Shown: one piece after another, positions 13,314 through 26,463 of the stretch
How the letters are laid out: each line of letters begins with the position of its first letter
Position numbering within the stretch: position 1 is the first letter of the stretch
DNA from: Phoronis australis
Taxonomy: Eukaryota; Animalia; Phoronida
Direction of reading: 5' to 3'
NCBI GenBank assembly: GCA_002633005.1
Contig: NMRA01000537.1
Coordinates: forward strand, 124,001 to 188,000
DNA: 64,000 bases
The notes under the pieces: model-generated
The model's database searches: none
Told to the model about the DNA's origin: nothing
The model's input: only the letters and a program-made list of their open reading frames with translations
Program-made: the position numbers and the translations under genes

Positions 13314-13760
13314 ATACCCCCTTCACACCAGACGCACGGTTCCACTACGGTTCATGGTCAAAACCGCCATCACCGTAGTGACACCGCCAGTATAGTGTTT
13401 CATAGGTTTCCCCTACCCGTCACACATGTGTTCGCCACGGGATCGCAGTAGGGTCGCCAGTAGGCTACGTTTTCGGCAATTGCACAGCAGTTGTACAGCG
13501 GAAGCACGGCGGTGATGGAAGTGCTGCTGCGATCCTTGTACAGTGCCACGGGGGTCATGACGGTGTCGCGGCAGTCCCACTGCGGATTGGCCCAACCCGA
13601 GGTGGCACTCAGTGCGAAAGTTTTGAACATGTTCAAAGTATCCGTCGTGAAACCGCGAAGGTACGCGGTTTCGACAGCTTTCCGCGCTGGTACGGCGATC
13701 AATGGCGGAACCACTGCGGAACCACGGCGACCATGGCCACGGGTATTCGATCCTTGAACG
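13314..13760. mobile_element. GC-rich probable non-autonomous DNA transposon fragment
   Basis: Abrupt GC-rich block starting TATACCCCCTTCACAC, with recurring CACGG/CCGTG motifs. No matching right TIR was found. Confidence 0.35.
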
Positions 13761-16139
13761 ATTTCTAGAAGATTCTTGATATGTCAAAAATCTTTCCTGT
13801 CCCTTTACGTGTCATTACCAGCGGCTGCAGTTGTTGCGTTTTGTGACGAGCTGTTTATAGATCCTTGCAGTTGGTCACGATTTGGAGATCGTAAAGACTC
13901 GCGAGAAAATCCGTGTAAAGTGTTTGAATTCAGGATAAACAGTTTACGTGCATATACACATACATGCAAGCATGCATGCACACATGTAAAAATGCACACA
14001 CAGAGACGCATACATGCATACATACATACATACATACATACATGTAAATCCGCACTGAAAAGATTATTTATGATCATAGACAGGTGAACAATCATACATG
14101 AACGGGTGCTAATCACTTTGAAATTTCTTATGCTCGTGTTTTAGGCATTGAGAATTCTGTAATCATTTCTATGGATACGAATCCCAGTTCTTGTGTGGCT
14201 ATTTCTGTCTAGTTGTGTACTGGCGCAAATACACAACTGTAGCACAGATATGGTCAAAAGCGACGGATTACGTGTAAGAGTGGTCTCAGTATTATTAATC
14301 GAATTATTCGTATTGATCACTCGGTGGAATATTATCAACTATTACGAAAATGTATGCGAGTTGGCATTGCAATGCTAAAACGAGCCTTGGCTGAACAACA
14401 TGCGATCGATCTCGTCTGGCTAATATAGTCGCTCGAGTTGAGTTTGTGTACTAGTGAATTAAGTGTCCTGAATGAGCATTGTTTTGGAGATGATTCTTAG
14501 TTCACAGCTCCACCGGACAGTAAACAATATGTATGTACCAGGCAGGACAATGGGATATCAATAACATGCTTCCTTATTCTACAATAGAAAACGAGAAAGA
14601 TCTCAAACCCTGATCATCGGCTTACATTACTAAATATGGCAACTGTCTTTCACCGTTTACCGTTTGACACTTTATAGCTTTAGATAGAAAATTCACCAAA
14701 AGCACAGTCAAATATCTTAATTATATTATATTTACAATCCTAAATTGAAAAAAAATTGTTTTTGACCGGCTAATTTTAGTGTACACGTTTCACTTTTGGA
14801 GTGTAAACAATACTTCGTGATGTTCAATTATCGTTTTAGAGCGAAGTTAATATTTATGTGTTCATGTAACATTAACAATGGCCTGATTCAAGTGGATTAG
14901 TAAAAGTGGGACATGTAGCTGTTGTGTCAGATTATAAAATGGTCGTTAAATAAATAACGATATAACACAAAGATCTTCTAAAAGCCTGACAGTACAAACA
15001 AAGCCATCGTCATCAACATGAATCATTTTGCATGCATCAATACACATAATGGTCGTTTGTCCCCTAGATGGCAAACGAGATGCGTAAGGTCATCGCTAAA
15101 TTAAATTATTTGTTGGTTGCTTATCATAATGTAATGGTTGCTTTTAACCTCCCACCACTGCTAGTGAGCACATTTTTACAGTTTCATTATTTGAGTTTTG
15201 TAGTGTGCTGGATGCCTCCACAACTGAACGCAACTCTCATGTTTGCAGTTGTCATTGTGGAGACGAAGAATTTACACATTACTGATACACCATTGCACAC
15301 CGTCTCAGCTAACAAAATCATCTTGTTTTACCGCTAACTCTTCTGTGAAATTGTGAGTCAAAATCTGCGCAAATGTCCCGTTTAGTGTCACAGATTGTAT
15401 CGAAATCGTCAGCGCAACAAACATGTTAACGTGCATGCAGACACTGAATTACAAGAATAACTTACCATTACCATGCGTAAGGACACTCAGCAATACACGT
15501 CACTGTACGTCTGGTGGCGCTATACAAACAGTCGGCCTGCTTGTGACTCGTGATATCAATGATTCAAGATCGGCTGAGCATGATAATGTGCCAGGTGGTT
15601 GAGACACCCAATTTAGAGCACGTCAGTTAAAAATTCACCATTGACAGCTAAACTGGGTCGGCATGCTGCTTTAAACAAAAAATGATGTAACCAACATGGT
15701 GATGGTACCTGGATGCGACAGGCTCCACAGATGAAGAATATTAGGCAAGTAAAGTTGACGTGATCACAGGCTTGAGTCGCTTGTATTGTCTCACGCCATC
15801 GTGGGTTTTTGCGAGTTCCGTGAATCTACGAAGTCCGTACCGACGCAGTTAGGACTGCGTGATTTGGATTCGTCACTGTGTATGCAAAGGTACATGAAGT
15901 CCAACTGCAGTCAAAATCCGTCATAAAAAGCTTGAATATAATTATAGAACTATTAAAAAGAATATTCTGGGTTTTAGTATTTCTGCACACGGAGAATGAT
16001 AACCTAAAACTAGATATTGGGGTTTATACCAACACATTACATGAATGAACTGGGTAATTTGAGCGTGATTAGTTTAAGATAACCTTCGATACTAATGTCC
16101 ACTTGTAAGAGCCAACAAACTGTGTAGGCCTACTTTAAA

Positions 16140-16595
16140 TACCTTTGATCGCAAACCCTGTTTGTAGTCACATGCTCTCGATTTTTTAAACGTGATTTTC
16201 ATAGAGGTTGTCGAATTTTCCTCAAACACGGTTCTTTTTGCAATTTTCTATTTTTATTTCTTTGTGTTATTAGCTACAAAAATGTGTGTCGGGTTTTCTT
16301 TTAAGGCCTTTTACCCGCCGTCAAAAACGAAGACGTCAACATTACCTGAAAAATGAAGGTTTTAATTTTTTCCAGCCGATTTCTCGGCTAAAAGGCTTTA
16401 AAGGAAAATCCCAGACAATCCACTGTAGTCAATTGAGCAGAGACACGGAATTTACGAGTTTTTTGAGAAAATACCATTTTTGTGAAAAATTCAGCCATTT
16501 TCATAAAACTCACGTTTTATGAAGAAATCACAAAACATGTGATTACGAACAAGGCATTGTTTTCTTTCAAAAAGATTCTGTGATCATAAAAGATT
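16140..16595. mobile_element. Degenerate foldback/MITE (long imperfect inverted repeat)
   Basis: ttgtagtcacatg pairs with catgtgattacgaa, and cgtgattttcat..gaattttcctcaaa pairs with tttgtgaaaaattc..cataaaactcacg. Confidence 0.5.
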
Positions 16596-17427
16596 TTAAG
16601 AATACATTACATATTGTTTTATAGGCGTACTGTGAATATATATATTCTTATAGACTGGTTGATAACGGGTGTTGTCTCCTATTTTTTTAAAGCCTATCTT
16701 GAACTTTGAACTATGCAAATTTGGTTCGTAACATATTTTCTGCATTGTCAAAATAACTTCAAAGGAAGAAACTAATTTGTCCTGACCCACATTCAAAGTA
16801 GGTACGTCACTGCGAGAACTGAGGCAGCCAATGAGACTACAGACACATAATAAGTCATGTATTGGGAGTGTACGCTCAGGGTTATGATTGTTTCTGCGTC
16901 GATTTCCGACGTGTCTTTGATGTGCTAAAATCAAGAATGGTCCTTAAGATTATTCTAAACTGTTTCAATAACAAACGGGACGCGGTGGGTTGACTAAATC
17001 GTTCGCAGTCTGAACTCATTGTAATATTTTACTGCGAATACTTGCTATGATGAGGGGATTACTTACGCAGTGAGGTGGGTAGATCTGTTATCATAGGAGA
17101 AAAATGCACGTCGATTGTAATAGTTCTTAGAAGTTCAACATTACTTACCTGAACGTACACTATCATTTCAGCGTTATGTATGCAATGGTTACTGAAAATT
17201 TGAGCACCGGCGTAGCATTAAAATTTGACAACGTGAAAGACTATTCCTGGGAACTTATTTCGACGTGTCTATGAGTGCGGATTTAAGCGAGGGCATATCA
17301 CGTGTCACGATTCGTTAAGGTAGGCAGAAAGAAAAAAAATGTTTTCGGATGTTTTCAGATTTCTACGTTGACGAAATCTTTACTTACTGAACCGTATACT
17401 CTCGTACGCTGTAGATCATGCATATGT

Positions 17428-17557
17428 CAGAAGCGGATCCAGGATTTTGAGTTAGGGGGGACAGGTCAGAATATTAGCTAGGATTTTGCCCGTCTGACAT
17501 TCGCACTCCCGAACTGCCAAATGGAAGCTGGGAGNCCCCCCTCTGAATCCCCCACTA
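17428..17557. mobile_element. Small MITE of the CAG..GCGGATCCAG type
   Basis: CAGAAGCGGATCCAGG ... CTCTGAATCCCCCACTA, flanked by TATGT on both sides. Confidence 0.6.
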
Positions 17558-19780
17558 TATGTATCTATCGGATGTTTACATTGACGATAGCGGCAGTGTA
17601 TAAGATGAGGCACCGTTGATCTTTTTACCGATTGCGAGAGGTGTCATTCACAAGGGATTTTGGAACAGCGGTCATCCTGAGCATCGCCGTCAGCTGGCTT
17701 AGATATACGCAAGGGTGTAAGAAGCGGGAAGCGGGGTAGCATATGCCTTCCAAATAATTTGCAAAAGTCAGGGTTAAAACATGGCTACCGGCACGGGCGT
17801 GGGACCGGGAGGCAGCCGAGAAAAGAAAGACAACGAAGCATGGAGAAGAATGAAAATTCAAGAGAACATTTGTCAACTTCCAGTGCTTGGTTTACACTTT
17901 GAGGGCCTGGTCAGGAAATTGCCGGTAGGGGGCTCATTTTTGCTGTTTAGATTGCCTAAACGTACTTGAAAACGAGCACTTAATCATTCGTACATGTATA
18001 TGTATTTGGAAAACGTCAAGAAAATTTGTAAAGCACAGCTTTAGCAGAGCATATTAATTCACTGGATTTTTAAATTTAAAAAGACAATTTCAGGGAGTGC
18101 ATAACTACATTTCTCCATGGATCCCTTTTATTTATCGCTCTTTCTTCTATTTTTTTTCTCGAAATTGCATACCACTTGAGAGACCCTGAAAGATGGCACC
18201 AATTGTCGCTCAATTCCTGTTTGTGCGTCCCTTCATCTGGAGGGGCCCAGCCCTTGGATGGGTCCCGTTGATGCCATTCTCTCTGATATACCTGTTGTGC
18301 TTTTTGTTGATCACTTATTAAGAATACTCTTTCCGATTCACTTTTGTTAAAAACTTCCTAAAACGAATTTTAACGCGAGTTACTTCAGTCGAAGCTTAAG
18401 CTCAAATAATGCTTATTCAATACAACTGAAATTGTTTTCAAATTTAACTGAAATGATTTTTTCATTTTTTAATATTTTTAGTGTGCCACCACCTAAAATG
18501 ACAGTTGGGTAATGTATTATGGGTACTCACTCAGCTGCCACTTTATGTACTGTATGTTTCCACGGAAACCTCGTCCATTTTTTGAAAAAATCCAAAAATT
18601 AGTAGTAAAATATGACAAAAACAAACAGGTTTGAAAGTTACGAAATGTTCATAATTTAGGAATACTTTCGTCTGGCGAAACTCGTCCTGTGAATGTAAAA
18701 CAAAGGGTATATTTAAGGGGTCACCCAGGAAGAGAGGGCCTTTGTTTTTCTGTTTTTATAAAATAGTGCAACCTATAAACATACCTTCTGATATCGCTTA
18801 TAATATTCTATTTTGATAAACTACAATTTTTTTGGTTTCTGATTTGCATGTTCATGTATCTACGAAAAAAGACTGATTCATGGGTGATTTTTTGACCATT
18901 AGAAGCTAATCTTGTAAAAGTCATCATACTTCGGTGAACTTAATTGCAGGCTGAAATTGGGAAAACTTCTATCATTCCATCCCCAAATATCAAAATATAC
19001 TAGACAGTTTTGCCTATCTGAGACAGTTGTAAGAAATGGACGAATTTTACAGTTCTACAGGGTGTCCCGAAAATACACGCCTTCAAATCATAACCCTTTT
19101 AACATGAACTTTCTCCATACTAGACCATAACAAAATGAAACTTGACCTTAGACCCAGTGCAGACGGAAAGGTACGGGCTGAGCGTCCTGTCTCAAGTGAA
19201 TCAAAGTTGAACTTGCCAACGACTAGCCTAGTTCATCCAATTTATATTTTCACACTGGCGTGAGCTGTCAGGTTACAGCTACTGTATAGCTCATTTGGAG
19301 CAGACAGACCAGCTATCGGTCCACACTGGCCAAGGCTTAGGCCACATTCTCAATCACAGCGAAATTTTGTTGAAACATAGTTACTTAAGCTCTGATGGCT
19401 GCCTCCCCAGGGTTTGCCCCCACCTATGGCGGGCGTGGGTCGGTCGGCACAAAACTTGGCGACATTCGAAGACTGGGGAGGGTAAAGGCAGTGGCGATNC
19501 ATACATGTACATAGTCACATTTAATTACTACCTTTACACAACTTGTTGAAAGTACTATGTCCAAGCAAAATCAAAGTTACGACGGTCTTAGCTAAGACCA
19601 TTAATACAAAGTCTTAGGTCGGTCGTAAGCACATTACGACGAGTACGACGCCGCGTTTGCTTATAAGAGTTACTTTTTTAAATTCACACTTAATTTAACG
19701 AACGACTTCACGAGCCCCCTTAATGAAGTGTGCAAATTAAAATGAAAATTACGACCGCCTTGATAAAACGGGCATCTGTA

Positions 19781-20030
19781 ACCGGTTGCATGAAACAGTC
19801 CCAATAGGGACCCGGCTATGTTCTCTAAAATTTCTGGCATTGGTGGACTTTGTGCAAACACTGACTTTCTTTTTTTTGTTATTTTCATTACTAAGTCAAG
19901 TTTTAGGTTTGGTGCATACCGAGAGAAAACTAAACGTTAAATTCGCGACATCATTGAAAAAACACGGACCTTTTTATGTGACGCTTCTAATTAAGGGCTT
20001 AGTTCCTACTTTATATTCAGTGAAATAAGG
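19781..20030. mobile_element. Partial copy of the MITE family at 55729-56160
   Basis: Shares CCGGTTGCATGAAACAGTCCC(A)ATAGG and the following ~200 bp with 26702-26945 and the inverted end of 55729-56160. Confidence 0.65.
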
Positions 20031-21118
20031 GCTCAGATTTCAAAAAAGCAATATTAGAACATGTTAAAAGTAAAGGAGAAACTCACTATGAATGATATTT
20101 CACTCGTTAAATATATTTATGTGAGCATATGGACCCTTCATTCCGGTCCATTCCATTAATTCCTTTGTGTAGGATCTTGCACGTCGTTTTCCCCACTCTT
20201 CTTATTGGTCTATTGTTATCACGTGCCCTGAGTTTGGTCAGCTTTCATAGGCTGATGATTGTCACGTGTCCTTAGGCATCCTCTGTTAGTGTAATCTCAT
20301 GTTTCAGTCCATCTTCAGTGTGCCCGGCCGGCCACATTGACGTACTTCCTAAACTTCTACATTTCCCCCACCCCGTACCATCCCCTTTTTGGCATTTTAT
20401 AACCCCACGTGACCGGCGCTTTTTTATTGCCCATCGTACCAGAGATTATATATTTTGTATTTCACTTATTTTTGTTCATTATTACTTGTTATTGTATTAG
20501 TGATAATAAATGACCTTATATCGCCAACCATGGACTCCTTTTTATCTCTGGTAGCTAGCTTGTGACGCACGTATTTATACTTAACAAAGTCGAGTCCCTA
20601 TTAAGACTGTTTCATACAACCGGATACCGATGAACAATGGTGCAAAAAACACAGATAGATCATTTTCACGAAAGACGTCGCTCTAGTCGACTGGCGACTG
20701 TATACACACAAGTGTTGTCTTGAGTAGTAAACGACAGATAGATGATTTCTGGTCAGGTCTACATTTACACTGGCCAATGTTTGTATTGTGGATAGACTCG
20801 GTTGACAACGACTGGACATTTTGTAGTTTTCCAGCTTAGATCTTCATTAAAACCCACCTACTCAGATCGTCGATGTTCTCAAATGGTATGCAATCGCATT
20901 GCACTATTGTTTGCCGTCTATGCAAAACCATGGTTACTTTGCTGAGTTTTATTACATGCAATTTCTCGACAAATATTTGTTGCTTCCACTCTTTGCACTG
21001 ACCGCTGGCCAGAAAAGTGCCACCTGAAAACCCCAAAACCGACTTCACTATCTGATAGTTCAAACTTGGAAACAAAAATCGCTCACATTATGAGAGCATG
21101 TTTAAGGTTATGTAGGAG

Positions 21119-21276
21119 CCTGGCGTGCGTTCAGTAACGCTAGGACCTACGCTAGGACCTAGCTAAAACCTAGTCAAAGTCACGTGCTCTCTTTTAAAAT
21201 GCACGGCAATATCTCACGTAATCTCACGAAGACTTGCTTTTTAGCGAGGTCCTTGCGTTACTGAACGGGAGCCTGG
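21119..21276. mobile_element. ~160-bp palindromic MITE (multi-copy family in this window)
   Basis: cgttcagtaacgctaggacct / aggtccttgcgttactgaacg inverted ends. The core cacggcaatatctc recurs near 47900, 52600 (-), 52925, 57650 (-) and 61440. Confidence 0.7.
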
Positions 21277-21859
21277 TTGACGGATTAATACGAACCTTCT
21301 AGAAACTAGGATTTAAGCAATGTTCCCAATACGTTGTCAGGAGCTGTTTTTAAATTGCTTCTCTTTGCGTGAGAAGCTATCAAAACCAGACTTTTATGAT
21401 TTTCGAGAAAAACTCAAAAGCTGTATAAAACGAAAATGAAATAATAATTCAGAAAACTGTAACGGTGTTTTTGAAATTTTATTTTAAACATCTATACCAT
21501 ATGAAATTTGGTAGTGTTATGGATACCGTTGTTTTGCTATTAATACATTTTTGACAAGTTTTACCAAAAAGACGTCATCCAGTTGATGCCAGATTGCTTA
21601 CTAAGCCAAAAATTAACTTCTACAGAATTTCTACTTTCAGAGAACATATACTAAATAAATACTGAATTCAAATTCTATAACTTTGTATATAATTTGGCTA
21701 AACACAGACTTATCAACAAGGCCGTACATAGACATTAAAGCAAACTTCTGGTTAACCCTGCTGGCATGGCCATCTAAGTGAGCGTTCGTATTTCGATCAG
21801 CTACCCTGTTTCCTAATAGTTCACAAGGTTAGACAAGCCTTGGCAGATTCATGGTCTTC

Positions 21860-21969
21860 CACGTGATCATAAAAATCACGCAGGTCACGTGATCATAATA
21901 ATCACGCAGGTCACGTGATCATAATAATCACGCAGGTCACGTGATCATAATAATCACGCAGGTCACGTG
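21860..21969. repeat. 26-bp tandem repeat x4.2, each unit carrying a CACGTG E-box
   Basis: (cacgtgatcataataatcacgcaggt)x4 + cacgtg, with one variant base in the first unit. Confidence 0.95.
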
Positions 21970-22189
21970 GGTGAAGAGCTGCATTTTCACTTGTTTAGAA
22001 TCTAAAGAAACAATCTCGTTTCTTTGAGAAACTTTGAGATTACTGAACTGCGAAAAACACCACCAAAAACATTCCTCGACTTTCATTTCCCAGTATTTTC
22101 GTGATTATTCATCGTCACGTCCTGCATACAGATAAGACAACAAACATTGCTTTACCGAATGATGTTATATTTACAATTATTTATACTTT

Positions 22190-22446
22190 GTATTTTGCTT
22201 AGAGCATGATCAGTGAAAATCACACTCGTAAAAGTGAGCAGTGCACAACGATCAAACACTAGAATGGCAGTCTCAAAATGAAAAGGGGACAGGAAACACA
22301 AACTCGGCGGGGGCCAGGGTTTCAACTTGCCGATTTCTGTTTCCTTACCCCATTTCATTATGCGTCTGTCATTCTAGTGTTTAGTATTTCTGCACAGTTC
22401 ACCTTTTGCGAGTGTGGTTTTCACTGATGATGCTCTAAACAAAGTA
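22190..22446. mobile_element. ~250-bp imperfect palindrome (foldback MITE)
   Basis: ttagagcatgatcagtgaaaatcacactcg pairs with cgagtgtggttttcactgatgatgctctaa, and aaacactagaatg pairs with cattctagtgttt. Centre near 22315. Confidence 0.8.
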
Positions 22447-25400
22447 ACGAAACGTGTGAGCCTTGTATTACGGACAAAATTTTGGAGTAACCCCAAGGTT
22501 CTTTCAAAAACGCTCATCGAAGTGGGTTTGCGTAAAACAGCAGCCTGCATGCGGTAGTCGAGTCTTTTGACATTCCGAAAAACGGGATGATCTCTTTCCG
22601 AAACTTGATTTGCGCTCTCATTTAGCCAGTTTTGCTATTGCACAAGTTGAGTGTTGACTCTGTTAAACAAAATGATTTAATCCTTACAATAGTTTTGTTT
22701 TCCATTGACTATGGGATGAGAAGCATTCATTTCTTCTAACATTCCTTCATGCACTAAGGAGAATATGGAGTTAACCCTACTCCCTAATTGTGCGCGCAGA
22801 CGATGCAACAGGGCAAGGGTGAAAGGTCGTTTACGAGTTTTGGTTTTCTGCGGCGCCTCGTTTATCATAACCGTGGGGCTGGGGACAGTAGAGAAAAGTA
22901 TGACTGAGAATACGGATATGAGAGAAAATTCAAGAGACATTTAACAACTAAGTATCAGTGCATGGTTTACCCTTTGAGGGTCCTAGCCAGGATATTGTTG
23001 TTAGCCCGCTTCTCCGTTTTTGCAGCATAGGTCATCTTAAAGCTCTTAAAAACGTGCATTGAATCATTCATACATGCATACCGAAAGATCGAGAAAATTG
23101 TAAATTCAACAAGACAATTTTGCGAATGCAAAACTATATTTTTCTAAAGGTCCCTCTCTGGCAATCGATAACGGAGACAGCTGTCGCTTTATTTTTTCGT
23201 TTTTTGTCTCCAAATTGTACATCACGTGAGAAAAGTTGATGACCTAACAGATAAAATCAATTGGAGCGCATTTCCTGATCTTTGCAAATATAGATCTTTG
23301 CATATTCAGGGGCCCAGCCCTCGGAGGGGGCCAATGACGACATTCAAGTGGCCACCCTTCTCGTGTTTTATTGACATATTCTTAAGGGGCCGATCATGGA
23401 GAGAGGGTTCAATGTTGGAATCGATTTTCTATGTTTTCCTGTTTTTTGTGAAATCTTGTAACCAGCTTTCATGTTAAGGAAGGTCACCTTTTGCAGGGTC
23501 ACACGACAATGGAATAAACTGTCATTCTTTTCCATGCTTAATGATGTTTAGCCTTTCATCTCAAGGTCTCCCATTTCAGGCGGGACCCTCTCTCCGTGGG
23601 GCCGTTCAGGAAATTGTCCGTTTGTCCCCCTATACATGTAAATCCGACATTGCCAAGTATTCACAAGAGGAGGTTCAGACTCCAAATTCATCAAAAACAC
23701 AAAACATTCGTGCACAGCACAGCAGTATTAAGACATTCGACTTACACAACCAAAAATGCGAAAATACAATGAGATTGACCGCCATCGAAAAGGTAGGATT
23801 TTGAAGAACGTGAATACTACTATTTGTGAATTACACAAAGAGACCATTTCCGATGGTAAGTTATAACATAATGTTACCTTTTTCTAACAGTATCATAATA
23901 ATAGTATTTCTTATGAATATCGTTTAACTAGGAGTTGTTTGTAAGGAATTTGCGCATGTCGGGGCTACGATTTGTGATGACCATGTACAGTGTTCATGTT
24001 GAGTGGGGTACTCATTCGAAATACTTGCAATCATGAACAAAGATTTCAACGCTCTTTGGAGTTCAACTTTAACTTGTGAACCGTTATAGGTACCTCTGAA
24101 ATGAGCAACAATACACCTTTTAAATGCGAATGCCCCGTCTCCAATGTTCGCCCGCTTACTCGTCAAAAATCTGCGACCATGCGTGCGGAAATTGTTTATA
24201 ACATTTAGTTCTGATAAACAATCCGTTGGTTTCAGATTTAGATGTTTATGTACAGGTACCTAAGAAAGTCGACAGATTCATAGATTAGCTTTGACAATTA
24301 GAAGCTAATCTTTTAAGAATTGACGATGTTTCAATGAATTTAGTTGCAGCTTGAAGTTGAAAGAACTCCATAGTCCGATCCCCAACTAGTAAAGTACACT
24401 AAGACGATTTTTGCCTATCTAAAATAACTCTCAAAGACACTGATGAAATTTGGACAGCTCCAAAAATATAGTCACAACTCAAATGACTATGAATGCATTG
24501 CTTTTTAGCTCAGGTACGAGATTTGTCGTCTAAACTCACTAACAGGTGTTCAAAAAGAAAATTCCTCATGGGCTCGATTGTTGGTTTCTGCATAACATGT
24601 TTATGTATCTATGAAAATCGACCGATTGATTGATGATTTATCGACAATTAGAAGCTTGTCAGAAATTATTATGCTTCACTGAACTTAGTTGCAGACTGAC
24701 ATTCAGAAAATTCGATCTATCATCAGGTGCCGAAGTAGCAAAGGTATGCTAAACGATTTTTGTTTATCTAAAATAAGTCTCAAGGATGTTGATGAATGTC
24801 GGACAACTCTACAAAGTGTCCGAAAATGCGATGACAATTCAAACAACAATAAATTGTTTGTTCACTTAATTTAGGAACTAGATTAGTGGTTTAAATTCAC
24901 AATCCGTCGATCAAAAAATAAGTTTAAGTCCTTAAATAAATAAAATTAAAGTAATTGCTCATAAACTTTGAAACTTTGTCTTTACACTTCCTTGACGTTT
25001 TTATTTTCCAGCAATACAGCGCAATGAATTTTTTGTTCTTCAAAACAGAATCGTTTGCTTGTACATTTCCCATGCATACTATACAGACGGAGCACGTCAT
25101 GACTGACAAAAAATAAGGTGCAACCATGCAGTAGGCCCGCGCAGGATGTTATTGATCCCGAGAACTGAGTTTGAACTAAAGGAGTTGAAGTGTGTATATT
25201 TTGGACACACTCTGTATCAATTTCCCCAGGTACCACAAACTGGACTACCGGCCGTGTTTCAACAAGGGATTTTGAAACAGCCCAAAGGCACTATACCAGG
25301 AACCTCAACTTTACAAAACATTCTTTAAAAGAATTACCGTAGTAAAATGATTTTTTCCCGAAACTGGATCACAATAAAACCAGTCTTGACCTTAGAGTCA

Positions 25401-26387
25401 GCGCAAACGGATATGTACGAGTTACAGTACGAGCTAAGCTGCCTGTCCCAAGTGAATCGTAGCTGAGCTGACCAGCGACCAGCTGTAGTTCATCGATTTT
25501 CCTATTTTTACACTATAAGCTCTCAGCTACAGTTACTAAGGCAGCTCCCAGCTACGCGTCAGTGCGCTGGGCCCAGGCCCATTCTTTAACTATCTGGGAA
25601 ACCTTTGTGTTCACGATTACTCAAACCCTGATTCTTGATGACTGCATCCTCGGGATTCCAACCCCACCTATGGCGAACGATTCATGGCGGCATCCGGAGA
25701 GCGGGGGAGGGGGTAGTTTGGCGAAGTCGGAAGGTTTTTGTGCGCCCCCAATAATTTTTACCTTCCTACGGGCCTGTTTATTTACATTTTGAATTCGAAA
25801 TATCGAGGAGTTTGACCTCTATGCTAGGGGTCAAAAAGTGCGCACTTGATGACCCCAGTGCTAAACCAGTGTGTTCGAGTCTAAACTCGAAACAGAGGTT
25901 GAACTCGAATTTATAGAGATCATCAGGTGCGAACTTGGATTTAAAACCGCACCTGCGTATACCGTAATATACTCGACCACGAAAACATAAAGTTTATCTT
26001 GAGTTCGTGTTAAAGTATTCCACTACATAAAATGTCAAAAATAATATTGAGTTGCAGCTCGTACATGTACATTAGACCTAGGGTCCTGATTGACGGATTA
26101 CCAGTAGCGCTACACGTGTCGTCAGTCACTAGTGACACAAATTTTTATCGAATATACTTTTATCGGGTGTCCTTGTTATCTAGATAACACTGACAAGATA
26201 TTATTAGCTCCATGGTGCAGCGGCAGACATTGGTTACAAAGTGTATTGATACACGGTCATATCTGACTTTCTACCGCATGAATGCGCCCATGCGACAGCA
26301 GTTTGAGGGAATATATACGATAGAGCAAATATCGTGATATAACGAAAAGCTGTTGCACTCTTTTAAGTTGAAAGGAACATCCATAAA

Positions 26388-26463
26388 ATGGCACTATTAG
26401 GATTTGGGAAGTGTTTTCTATTTACGTTTGTGATTTGTTGTCTGCAAGAAATAGTAGAATCTG
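26388..26463 (+). CDS. Gene A exon 1: signal peptide
   Basis: AAAATGG start, [26 protein letters not shown]|GTAAGT phase-1 donor. ATATATA at 26311 upstream. Confidence 0.7.

Noticed and set aside
20600-21075. Possible second decayed LINE RT fragment on the - strand (ENIDDLSRW..MKI)
   Set aside because: The resemblance is limited to a few residues, too weak to annotate without an alignment.
21860-21969. Regularly spaced repeats suggesting a CRISPR array
   Set aside because: The units are contiguous with no unique spacers, there are no cas genes, and the context is eukaryotic.
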